In this document: positions 1 through 11,043 of the stretch, piece by piece
Layout of the letters: every line of letters begins with the position of its first letter
Position numbering within the stretch: the stretch's first letter is position 1
Assembly: GCF_000150275.1 (NCBI RefSeq)
Contig: NW_002060944.1
Coordinates: 8,580,159 to 8,644,158 of the forward strand
DNA length: 64,000 nt
Reading direction: 5' to 3'
Origin: Trichoplax adhaerens
Lineage: Eukaryota; Animalia; Placozoa
Notes under the pieces: generated by a model
What the model was told of the DNA's origin: nothing
Database searches by the model: none
Seen by the model: only the letters and a program-made list of their open reading frames with translations
Made by a program: the position numbers and the translations under genes

Positions 1-190
1 CTTTCTTCCTTAGCTATATCAAAAGTTCTAAAGTTTCTATGGGTTGCCAAGCGTAGTTTCTGTACTCTACCTACTAAAATTCCAGCGGTTTACCACGGTA
101 TATTGATGTATCATACAGTACTACCCAGGCTATAGTTACTTCTATTAAAATAAGGCCAATTACGGACTGCCGAATGATCTTTTAAGTAGG

Positions 191-227
191 CCCTAGTAAC
201 GCATGCGCATGCGATTGCCATGGCAAT
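191..227. promoter_or_regulatory. RNF32 proximal promoter: NRF1-like site abutting an RFX X-box-like palindrome
   Basis: CGCATGCGCATGCG at 200-213 and perfect palindrome ATTGCCATGGCAAT at 214-227 (X-box consensus GTTGCCATGGCAAC), about 80-100 bp upstream of the ATG. Confidence 0.55.
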
Positions 228-305
228 ATCACTCATCGAATTCATTGCGAGTGATATATTTATATTCAATATAAACTTTCTGATCATGATTAACTCTAAA
301 ATAAG

Positions 306-3008
306 ATGAAGTCCAACAAGTCCCCACGTACGTTGCCATCTAAAGAGAAGGTAATTTATCTATCTTTATTTTAGATTAAGATATTCGACTCCGTACCCAT
401 CAGTAGCAGCTGGGAATAGATTAACAAAGGAAAGCATAATTTAATGTTAATATTTCACTTCATGAAATGTCGGTCTTTGGCATAGCAATCGCTCAGCTAT
501 ACGTTGTCTACTATTGATTGCTAATACATACGTGTGCCAGAATACGCTGTAATAAGTAGTCGTTAGAAGATTTTAATAGGATTACATTATTTATTTATTG
601 CAGCTTTAAATTGGACTATATTCATGATCTTCAGATACGCCGTTCAAATCAGTTGTTCCTATAATTTCTTACTGCTATATAGCTAAGTACTCGTATGAAA
701 GGATGATTGTAATACCAAAGGGTTGATTAAGCTAAAGACATTAAGATAAGTGCCATAGGGATGTAGAATGTGGCAATTTATCAATCGTTTGATAAGTTTA
801 CGTTTATTAATTAATAATTATATAACTGATGATCCCTAGTAATCTAAGGGAACAGCTACTGAACTTGTGATATGCTTTACATCGTACTCAAACTAACTGA
901 TCAATATATAGTAGTAGTTCTGATGATAATGATGACAATTATTAATGAGTGGAGCTACATCGTAGGTAGTAATAAGACAGTCTATCAATTCCTTTCAATC
1001 CAGCTAATGATTCTACCGCTAGGTCGTATGCAGCGTTCGTCTGACCATAGCTAGCATAAGTAGATATAGTTAATGAATATGCTCGTAATCATTCCTGTTA
1101 AAGCTGTAAATTGAACAATAATGTAACTTTATTGTTAATAGAAAGATAACCTTACGTGGACTGCTGTTGCTCTACAAGATCACCTTGTTCGATCATTATC
1201 ATTAAACGATCCCTTGAATAACAGAAAATCTTATGTAAGCCCGAAAAAGTCTACCAGGAAAACAAAGGCGGTTTCTAAGATTGATACCGGGGTTAAAAAA
1301 CCGACACCTAAAAAGACACTAAATACGGCAAGCCATGAGAAGGAATATGTAATCGAATCGAGAAGTAAACCCCTTACTTTAGGTAAATGATTTATTATTA
1401 AAACTATTTTTGTACTGTTAGAAATTTAGTATAATTAAACCATACTCTTTATCATATAATCTGTGCCATTATTGCATCACTATTGCTATTATAACCTATG
1501 TTGCATCCTCACAGATGTAGTCATTATTCACGGCTAAATATAGTAAATATGATCTAGACTTTATCCAAGTTATCTTATCTGTACCTTCACAGCAAGTACA
1601 ACTATAAATTAAGATTTTATTTCATGAGCTAATATTTATAAGTTAGCCCTTATTTTGGATTTTCAAATTAAATTGAACCTTTCATTTTATACTAGCACAA
1701 AAATTTGGAATTATTGATACTCCTAACAAGCCCTTAACGGAAGAAGAATGGGCTAGACTAAAAGACAAATCAAATGAACGACAAGATTCTTCATTACCCT
1801 GTCCAATTTGTCAGGAACACTTTGGAAATCAACAACAGGTAGGTAGCATTTTTTATGTCAGTATTATTCACCTTGTTAACGAATTAAAAATCTTTTATCT
1901 CTTTATTTAGATTTTGCTTTCTTGCTCTCATGTCTTTCATCGGGTAACATAAAAGCATAAATCTTGATATTTATAGACAATTTATAATGTACTACTTGTG
2001 AGTGAATCATAAACATTATGTGGATATATCACGCATTTTAATTACTCCATAGACCTGTCTAGAATCGTACGAAAAGTTTAGTGGTCGAAAAACTTGTCCT
2101 ATGTGTCGCAAGGTAGAATACCAAAAACGCGTTATTTATGAGGGTTCCAAAATAAATCGAGTTAAATGTGCGATCAAGATACAGTCAGCTTGGAGGGGAT
2201 ATGTCGTAAGAAAATGGTACGCCAACCTCAGAAGAACTATGCCTCCAAAAAATCCCTTGTTACGGCAAAAATTTTTTCAAGCAAAGGTATGACCATACCA
2301 ACGTGTTGGATTTATATTCTTGTTATTTCATAATCCTGGAAGGATAATAACATCAATTTTGCAATGATACACAATAATACTTGCTTTGTTATCTAGCTTG
2401 CAGAAATCACAGATACTTTGGTATCATCCGTAAACACAGATGTCGACGCTTTTCTTGCGGATATTGATTCATCTGTTGCTGCTAGTCGGCAAATTATGAG
2501 GTAAATTCATGATTATTGCTTCATAACACTGATGATGATATTACTTGTTAAGATCTCAGCATATTTGCAACTCCTTTCAATTCTATTAATTACCAGTTTG
2601 GCAGATACATCATACGATGCACGCTTAAATGAGAATGAATGGAAAAAAATACAAGTACAAGTAAGTAGGCAATGATTTGCAAATGGCTATCATAAAATAA
2701 TATTGATCATCTCTTGTTGAAAATATTATTTTTGATATATGTTCTTTATGTTGGATTGATAGGCTCTTCGGAGGAGTACCTTAGAGTGCCCAATTTGTAT
2801 TGCGCCTATCGAAAAGCCTAGAGCTTCCACAAGCAAAAGTAAAAACGGAAATAGCAAACAGCTTGTCATTCTATCCTGCTCTCATATATTCCATCAAGTA
2901 TGCTTGGAGGCGTTTGAAGAATTTTCAATACAAGCTACAAAAGTTTGCCCAGTATGCCGATCACATTACGTCAAGAGGAAATTAGATTTAGCTGCAATCG
3001 CTAATTAA
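306..3008 (+). CDS. RNF32: RING finger protein 32 (two RING-H2 domains flanking an IQ motif), 8 coding exons
   Basis: Exons about 306-350, 1142-1382, 1696-1838, 1911-1943, 2053-2286, 2397-2500, 2597-2660, 2763-3008, all GT-AG. Translation includes [66 protein letters not shown] and CPICIAP..LSCSHIFHQVCL..CPVCR, matching human RNF32 as I recall it. Confidence 0.93.
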
Positions 3009-3890
3009 TTAGTTCAGTGACAGACAGTATTTCAAGTACGCCCCGTGTGTACTGTCGATATACAGTAATGAAATTGTTGTATTATGATTCCAGCTACAGT
3101 AATTACAGTAGCTATGTGTTAGGGTAAAAAAATCCGTAAACTATACGTATGTATTTATAAACAGAATGTCTTCTCAGCTCGAAGTTGAATTCAGTCTATG
3201 CTATATACTAGACACTAGTGAATTGTGTCGAAGTTATTTGATATTAAATCTTCATCTAAATTATATGAGACATTTTATTTCCATAGCAAATGCAAATAGA
3301 GAGGAATATTGATTTGAATCAAGTCCAGAATAAATTCATTCTGGGATGTTTTTGTACATTAATTTCTTATACTGTAAATTTTGATCTGTAGATCAACATT
3401 AATCAATATATCGTTTCTAAAACGATGGTGCACAGTTGCTAGTAATACTAGCTACAACGAAATTAAAACATTATAAAAATAAAATTCGATGTGGTTTTAG
3501 ATGGTCAAGACTTCAACAGCAGGAGTGAATAATATAACAACTTTTGTAAAGGTGAATCATTATTCATTCCAGATTAGTTTTGCACATGCAATCAATCCGC
3601 TGTTCTGCTATGTTCATAATCTTACAGCATATTCTCATAAATAAAGTTTCAAAGAATCTTAACTTATTTGCTATCGCAACAGAATTATACTTACAGTGCG
3701 GAATAATATCAACACTATCTACAACTTTAAAAATTGACAAAATTTATCGGAAATTAACATGATTTTCAATGTTACAACAGCGCAATAACAATATAAATCT
3801 TTTCTTTCCGCAATGCCCTATGCAGTCTTAAATATTGCAACAAAATTCTCTCAAATTTTTATCTATAAAGACTTGATGTAGTGGATATTC

Positions 3891-6800
3891 TTAGCCTTTA
3901 AGTTGTACTAACATTGTACTAATGCGTTCGAATTGACTACGATTGTTAATTCCAACTTTCGTTCTCAGAAAAGTCAGGTCTTCAACATTTCTCTGCTGAA
4001 ATGCGCAGTCGGCTGCCTTATCATAATCCCTATTTATTTTGTAACAATATATAAAACATTTCAGTTAAATTTTACAATTTCTGTATTCCATTTTTAATAA
4101 TTTTATTGAGAGTGGATGTAAACTGAGATTCTTTCGTAAACTAACCCGATCTTGATGTAACATTTCGCTTGTTTACTGAGTGGAACACGTTCTATATATT
4201 TGCATGCTTCCGTTGCATTTTTATGGCTATTTATGCAGGCATCAACGAACGGCTACAGGATTCCATGAGGATATTAAAGAGAACATGCTCAGTAATTGGC
4301 TATATCTAAGCTTTCTTCATATTACAGTATGAACAACGCAGTACCTCATAACCAATAGGAGACTTTTTACTTTTAGAAAATCTTTCAAGCTCGTCCCAGC
4401 TTCGTGATTGCGCAAGGGCTCGAATTTTAATCCACCAATATCTAAAAGTTTTTGCACAAAATTGTTTGTTTTTTACCTACGACAATCCCAATTAATAGAC
4501 TGCATCAATATTATATTGATGTATACCTCCGATCGGGAATTTTAAAATCTTTCTTTAATTTATCTGCCAACTTTAGTCGACCCAAAAAGATAAGCTAACA
4601 AGTAAAAAACATGTATCGATATAATCAGTTAGTTGGTGCTCCTGCTATCATTTCCATTAATCAGAATTTTAGCATCTCTCAGTCTCATTAAATCAGTAAA
4701 TAAAAATTTTATCCACCATATTTCAGTCTGGTAAGTTATTCATCATCAAGATGACAATAATAGCGCTAGATATCTTAGGAATTATAATTACCTGATATGC
4801 AGTTTCATTCAGAGACATTTCGACAAACGGTTGACCAAGATCAGTTTCCATTACCGACTGAAGTCGCAACAAGTTAATTTGATCTTCGGTAGATCTCTTA
4901 CATATTGGCCTATCCGCTGCGCTAAACGCACGTGCTGCTTCATTTAATTTATCAATTCTATCTTCAGCATTCTAATACAGATATTAGTAAAATTTAGGGC
5001 CATTACAGCTTTCCTTATGGAGATAAAATGCTTTCATTCTTACATTTGTCTTATAACTACTTTGGGCAACATAGATTCCTGCTTTCTGAAAGTCATCAAA
5101 TTGTTTGGCAACGTCCATTAATAACCTGTGATCATTTATCTCTCGGCAGTACTAAAACAATAATACAAGGGCTATCATAAGTACTGTAAAACATTTTCGT
5201 AATAGCTACAAAGTCATGTGTAGGCATCACTATGTTGATAACAACATTAGGCCTACCTTTTCGAACAATTTTAGCGCTACAGGCATTTTATGGATTGTTC
5301 TAAAAAATTCCCCTAGTTGTAGAGTACCCTTCAGATGAAAAATAGCCATATAGACTGTAAACACAATAAATTGTAATAACAACGTTAGTGATTAGGCTAC
5401 ATAATAAGCTGACAGGCAACGACAATCGGCATACTGAGGTCTGAGTCACCACTTTCAATGGCTTTATTTAAGGCTATATCTTCTTTCTTCATTTTCATTA
5501 ATAACGGAACCTGTTCGTTAGCTCTGGGTTCGAAATCTAATAGCTATTAATGATACGTTAAGGGGTGTCTGTCAGGCAATATTAGGTGGTAACGGAAGTG
5601 AACGTAAGTATGTTGTAATGAGTAGTGCAACATTACCTTAATAGCTAATTCATATCTCCCTACTGATTTCGCTTCAGCAGCAATAGTTGCATACGAAATT
5701 CCAGTGACGTCGTTCAATTTATTTGCGATAGCTTTAGCGATATCTTTATCGTCAGTGTTCTTTTGCTTTACCTACATTACAGATTAAAATTACTTCGAAT
5801 TAACTTGTTGGTAATTTGAGTGTAGCTTGTCAATTAAGTTGTTACTTTTTTGCATGCCCAATGCGACAATATCCGACATTTCCCTTCATCTCCTGGTATA
5901 CGAAGGTAATCACAGATATGCAATGCTAATGCATAATGCTCTCGTAGTATCAGCCTAACAAGAGAGACGATACCAATATAATTAATGGCTAGTTGAAAGG
6001 ACGATAAGAGAAATCGCTTACGGGAATAATAAACAGCCTACCTGTCAATCAAGACAGGAAGAGTTAAATACTCAAATCTGTTGAAGAATTTATGTTAAGG
6101 TAATTTAATCGATTCGGTATATTTTAAATAGCGTCTACTTAAATTAAGCTAGAACAAGGATTAGAAAGATACTGTTTGAGAGTAATTGGTATTCCAATTT
6201 TGTAGTGTCTTATATTATTTAGGATCCGCAATATTTGGGACATATTAACAAAACTTTGAGGAGAGTATTGATCCATAAAACTTTTCCCAAATGACGCGGC
6301 CTATATTAAGAAGATGAATAGCAAGTAAAATCAGGAATGTGATCTTTTATAAATAGTCAACTATTAATAAAAATACCTTTAGAAGCATTCTTTGAGTCAG
6401 CGGATCATATTCCAATCCAGCAACCTTGATACACTGTTCTATTGCATCACCGAGTGTACCGTTAGTCTTTATAATTCTAACATATTCATCAGCTTTGGAA
6501 CTTCCTTTCTATAATTTATTATTTAAGTACGTTAGTAGTGAGCATAGAGTTCTCAATTAGGCTATCCTATTACTATTAACCTCATATTCCTTCATGGCAT
6601 CTAGCAACATTGCGCCTGACGCTGCAGAACCAACTTTGAATACTTCTTCGGTTTCCACTACGTATTTGACATTAAAGATATACAGTAAGTTGAAAATACT
6701 GTTCTATGAAGATGTAAATGTAATACGAAAAGTGCAAAAACAAAAAATTTTCTTCTTACATGGCACTTCATGTAAAAGTTCATGCGTATCCGTCGTCACA

Positions 6801-9143
6801 ATTCTAACACCATCGATATCAGCCGTTAAACAGGCTGAGCCAATTAATGGTAAAGTTTGAACAGTTAAGGCTCATAAGGAAATTAATAAATGGCATTAAT
6901 ATCAATACAATTCATGTCAATGTATGAAAGGATATGTAACACTTTCACGATGAGGCCCAACAATCTGCAGTTCATCCCCCCAATTTAAGACAACAGCGCC
7001 GGCACCACACCTACATTTTTAGTGAAGGCATACTTTAAGTATTGATGATACCGTAAGGTTTACTCGATTAAATACATCATCGTATAAGCTACTATTCATA
7101 GGCAATCAGTCTTACCATATCATATCTAGCGGCACCGTTTGAGTATTAGTATCGAATATACCATAACAATTCTACAATTTAAAATTGATGTAACGGTTAA
7201 TATACAATTAATGAAACTAAAAGAATATGCTAATTCACTACACTATATTCAGCTCCAATTTCATAACTCAAGTCAGTTTACGTAAAACAATGGTGATTTT
7301 CATTGAGATATACAGTATTGTTATAAATTTATGTCGCATGGAGATGTTAGAACATACTCTAAAATCAGTAGATCCGATCCATAAGTGGCCAGTATCGGTA
7401 ATTAAAGAGATATACTTATATGATGTCGAAGTGGCCATCAATGTAATAGAATTATAATTGATTTGTCCGGTAATACCTTGCAGTTGCTACATTGGAGAGA
7501 AAAAGGAATTAGTTATAATTTTATATCCTATCATTGACAAGTTCGTTATTGCGAAAATTTATCACAGCAGAGGCTTACCAGTTTAACAATATCTGCTACA
7601 CCGCTTAAATATAGATCGGTATTAATGGCAATAACAATTTTTGTTGAGCGATCTATACATAAGACGACCCAACTACTAGGTGTAAAGTCCAATCCTGTAT
7701 CAAAGAAATTTGGTAGATTGATTTACGTAAATAGCATTTATATTTAATCACCGAAAGTTACAATTTTTTAATCATTGTCTATTTTACTAATCTTTACCAG
7801 GAGGATCTTGACACCGTCTACAAGCTTTGTTTTGAATATTGCTTATAGTATAAAATCTATAGTTTGTCGTTAGTACGACTATGCCGGCTACGTTATCATG
7901 CAGAAATAGTTTAGCATCCACAATTTTCATTTCTTTCGCTTCCTGTATAACCATAGAAGAACTTGTTTATGATAGCAATACATGCGTACGGTATATTGTA
8001 CTGTACATATAATATCCTGGAACTACTATAACATGGCAGCAACAATATTATAGTTATTGTTTTTTAGGTATACAACGTTGAGGCAGGATAGCAAAGCATT
8101 ATCTGTACTTTTATTACTAACCTGTCCAAGATGGATAGAGTCAATTTGTGTACCAAATAAATCAAAAACTAAAGCGATACCAGCATCAAGTATACAAATA
8201 AGTTCTTCACTATAACTCCATCCCATAGTAACAATTTTTCCCTCGATTACCTTTATCAATATTGTAGCACAAAATCAAAATTAGTTTATCTGTAGCTGGA
8301 CAGATTGCTATGATTTATCATGTTATTAGTTTGCTACGCGTATAGTATTGATCGTTCTTGTTGTACTCACCTTAGCGGTATTATCAATTGATATTTTCTG
8401 GCCACTAGCAGAAACGATAGAAATGATTTGCCTTGTAGAAGGTGCACCTTTCCTGTCTTTAATGAGGAGAGCTACCAACAAAGAAATTGTATTTAGCCTA
8501 TTGATGCTTGCACTGATTTATGACATGACGGATAGACTGTTATTCAATTAGTGAAAAGCAGCTATAGACACTGCAATCATTTGGATGAAGAATTTTGCAC
8601 TAAACGTGGATTAATCATGATGTTATCCAATTTATTCTATTATAATCAACCAAATTTTCTATCCGTCATTGCAGCAGCAATAGAAAAAAAAACTATGTAT
8701 ACTGTAGGGTACGGTGCTGTACGATGATATCGACTCACCAATTGGACCACCAAGAGGAGCAATAGCAATTCGGTAGTGTGATAAATCGAGACTTCCCCAG
8801 CTCATTTGATATATTTCTGTTATACTATTGTAGACGATGCAATGAAGAATTGAGAGAAATGATTAATTACTTTATGAAGATTGATTTTACCGCATGTAAA
8901 AGCCTTTTTAGGAATAAGATTAAACTGGATTGGTGTACGCTTAGAATAACCGATACTCCAATAACGTCATCCACTCAGCTGGCTACAGTACAGTACATAA
9001 TCAATCATGCGATAATGTTCATTTGTGCTTAGAGTAGACTGGTAGTTCAACTCGCATTCGATACCTATCTACCATTTAACATACCGATAATATAGCTCTC
9101 CGAGAGGGTGCCATTCCATGAAAGGGTTTGGATACGAAGACAT
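3891..9143 (-). CDS. VPS16: Vacuolar protein sorting 16 (HOPS/CORVET core subunit), 24 exons
   Basis: Begins [20 protein letters not shown]|[17 protein letters not shown]. Internal peptides include [53 protein letters not shown] and KSPIGY. Ends ...MLVQLKG* with the stop at 3891-3893. Confidence 0.95.
6078..6172 (-). other. U12-type GT-AG intron (VPS16 intron 13, 95 nt)
   Basis: Minus strand 5' splice site GTATCTTT, branch point TACCTTAAC about 16 nt before the end, 3' CAG. Joins [17 protein letters not shown]. Confidence 0.8.
6855..6935 (-). other. U12-type AT-AC intron (VPS16 intron 9, 81 nt)
   Basis: Minus strand 5' splice site ATATCCTTT, branch point CCTTAAC, terminal AC. Removal restores the frame ...[24 protein letters not shown]. 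Confidence 0.9.
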
Positions 9144-9402
9144 TGTCAAGCTTTTATTCCAAGTCGATGAAGTTAATTTTCCGCAGATTGATCCACCCCT
9201 GCCAGGCTACAGCGGAGTGCAACCTTTTTTTAGCAGTGGATTCTTGAAACAGATCGTTTAATGCCAGTATGCGTGCGATTTACCGTAGTTTATATCGTCC
9301 TTGGTTCAAGTAGGGTGTTGGCTGTACTTCGATGAATAAAGTGGCCAATTTTTCTCTAGTTAATGGCAAAATAAACGCTCAACATGCCTTCAAAAGAGTG
9401 CA

Positions 9403-9515
9403 AAAATGGCGTTGGATCGTCGATTTCAAGTTTGAAAAACCTCGCTGGAGTCAACGCTGGAACACAAGGTGGCTATGTGGGTACGTCACGTGCATGTACA
9501 GTACAATCACATGAC
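9403..9515. promoter_or_regulatory. VPS16 upstream motifs: YY1-like AAAATGGCG, CLEAR/E-box GTCACGTG, M-box GTCATGTGA
   Basis: AAAATGGCG near 9402-9410, GTCACGTG at 9485-9492, TCACATGAC at 9507-9515. All lie 260-370 bp upstream of the VPS16 ATG. Confidence 0.45.
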
Positions 9516-9711
9516 TTACAGTATAAACTTTACGGTAAGATGTACTGTACTCTATCGAGACTTACAAAGGAAACTTTCTCTTACAAGCAGCTGTCCCTGC
9601 AAGTACTGTACTGTACAGTACTGTATAGTACTTACGGGGACTACTCAACTACCCGGTGTACAGTACTAATACTGTAGGAGACGACCGTGTGGACTCATCA
9701 ATCCGTCGGAG

Positions 9712-9984
9712 AGACGGACTGTTTTTACCCTATGAGAAATGTGGCCGTCGAAAAAAGGCCTAGTTAGTAGGGATTTTCCTTGTCTGTAATTTCTAAAATC
9801 ACTGGCACTGATTTAAATAACATTCAACATACGATCTTATATAATTACTTCTAAGCATTCAAAATCGATCGTCTGCATACGGAAGTACTGTGATGACGAA
9901 GTATTTGGCGACGAGATGAGGCCGAAAATATCTGCCCGTCCAAGCGTAGGTCTTTTTCGAATAGTCCGTCTATCCATGACTGTA
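9712..9984. mobile_element. Decayed MITE-like element with inverted termini
   Basis: Inverted pairs AGACGGACT (9712) / AGTCCGTCT (9963) and TCGAAAAAAGGCCTA (9748) / TAGGTCTTTTTCGA (9947). Right end is ...TCCATGACTGTA. Confidence 0.45.
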
Positions 9985-9987
9985 CAG

Positions 9988-10464
9988 TACAGTAGCATGG
10001 ACTATGGACTGTTCAGATTTTTAACTTGATGTTCAGAATTTTATGCTGAAGCGTCTCCAATAAGTAAAAGTGTAAAACCCTAAATACCATCGTTTGAGAC
10101 GATTCATTATAGAATTCTGCTATTCAAAATTTTATACTGAAACGTCTCAAATAAGTAAAATCCTAAATACCATCGTTTGAGACGATTCAGTATAAAATTC
10201 TGCTATTCAAAATTTTATACTGAAACGTCTTAAATAAGTAAAACCCTAATACCAGCATTTAAGACGATTCATTATAAAATTCTGCTATTCAGAATTTTAT
10301 ACTGAAACGTCTCAAATAAGTAAAACCCTAAATATCATCGTTTGAGACGATTCAGTATAGAATTCTGCTATTCAAAATTTTATACTGAAACGTCTCAAAT
10401 AAGTAAAACCCTAAATACTATCGTTTGAGACGATTCAGTATAGAATTCTGAACGGTCTACTGTA
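9988..10464. mobile_element. Fold-back/MITE-like element (TA-CAGT...ACTG-TA ends) containing a tandem hairpin array
   Basis: Right end TCTGAACGGTCTACTGTA is the reverse complement of TACAGTAGACCGTTCAGA. Left end reads TACAGTAG[catggactatg]GACTGTTCAGA. No transposase ORF. Confidence 0.55.
10031..10453. repeat. Five tandem ~83-bp quasi-palindromic units (25-bp arms, ~24-nt loop)
   Basis: Units start at about 10032, 10123, 10206, 10288 and 10371. Arms are (G/A)AATTTTATACTGAAACGTCTCAAA and TTTGAGACGATTCAGTATA(A/G)AATTC. Confidence 0.95.
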
Positions 10465-10669
10465 AGTCAATGAATTTTCTTGTTTCAAAGTCCTTGGTGT
10501 GACTGTACTGCGCGCAGTACCAGTTTGTGTTACTGAACCGTGTATCACGATGAAACTCTATCAGACTCTGCAGTACATCAGAAACTTCTTGAATTAAGTT
10601 AAGTTAATAAGGTTGAAAGAGAAGGGCAGTATATACTGTACATACAATAAGGTACAGCAAAAACGATTA

Positions 10670-10793
10670 TTCAACTAAGAATTTCCCCCTTAAAAATTGT
10701 AACTAAAATTTTCCCCTTACACTGTGTTTGTTAAATATAGGAAAATTTTGGATCATTTTAGTTACGGCTTTTTGAGGTAGAAATCTTAATTGA
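10670..10793. repeat. Imperfect ~40-bp-arm inverted repeat (MITE-like remnant)
   Basis: TTCAACTAAGAATTTCCCCCTTAAAAATTGTAACTAAAAT resembles the reverse complement of ATTTTAGTTACGGCTTTTTGAGGTAGAAATCTTAATTGAG. Inner pair AAAATTTTCC / GGAAAATTTT. Confidence 0.6.
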
Positions 10794-10994
10794 GTGGTCC
10801 CTGGTAAAAACACGAGGGCCGACTATCTTGCTGATCATAATGTACTACTGACTAATTACAATTATCTGCTACTGCTTGATCGGTTTTATGCAACCATAGT
10901 CTTCTTCTAGTCTTCTAGTACTGTCGTCCATAGTGCAGCGGGTATGGGGTTTCAGCATGATGCACAGACCCTAAAAGGAGATCTACTGTACGTT

Positions 10995-11043
10995 GTCATG
11001 GACTACGAAATATTTTTACTAGTCCACGAGCAGTCCATGACTG
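10995..11043. repeat. Miniature inverted-repeat element
   Basis: GTCATGGACT (10995-11004) and AGTCCATGAC (11032-11041) are perfect complements. Shares the TCCATGACTG end seen at 9973-9982. Confidence 0.5.

Noticed and set aside
8941-8985. Alternative VPS16 first exon ([10 protein letters not shown])
   Set aside because: Weak donor. The exon at 9085-9143 ([11 protein letters not shown]) has an ATG, a good donor and better homology.
9332-9677. Three overlapping ORFs upstream of VPS16
   Set aside because: They translate promoter DNA and TACWG chains (YCTV repeats), with no recognisable domain.
10075-10415. Telomere-like AAACCCTAA in the hairpin loops
   Set aside because: Only one copy per unit, so not a telomeric tract.
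10031-10453. CRISPR-like array of palindromic repeats
   Set aside because: The loops are near-identical rather than unique spacers, there are no cas genes, and the context is eukaryotic.
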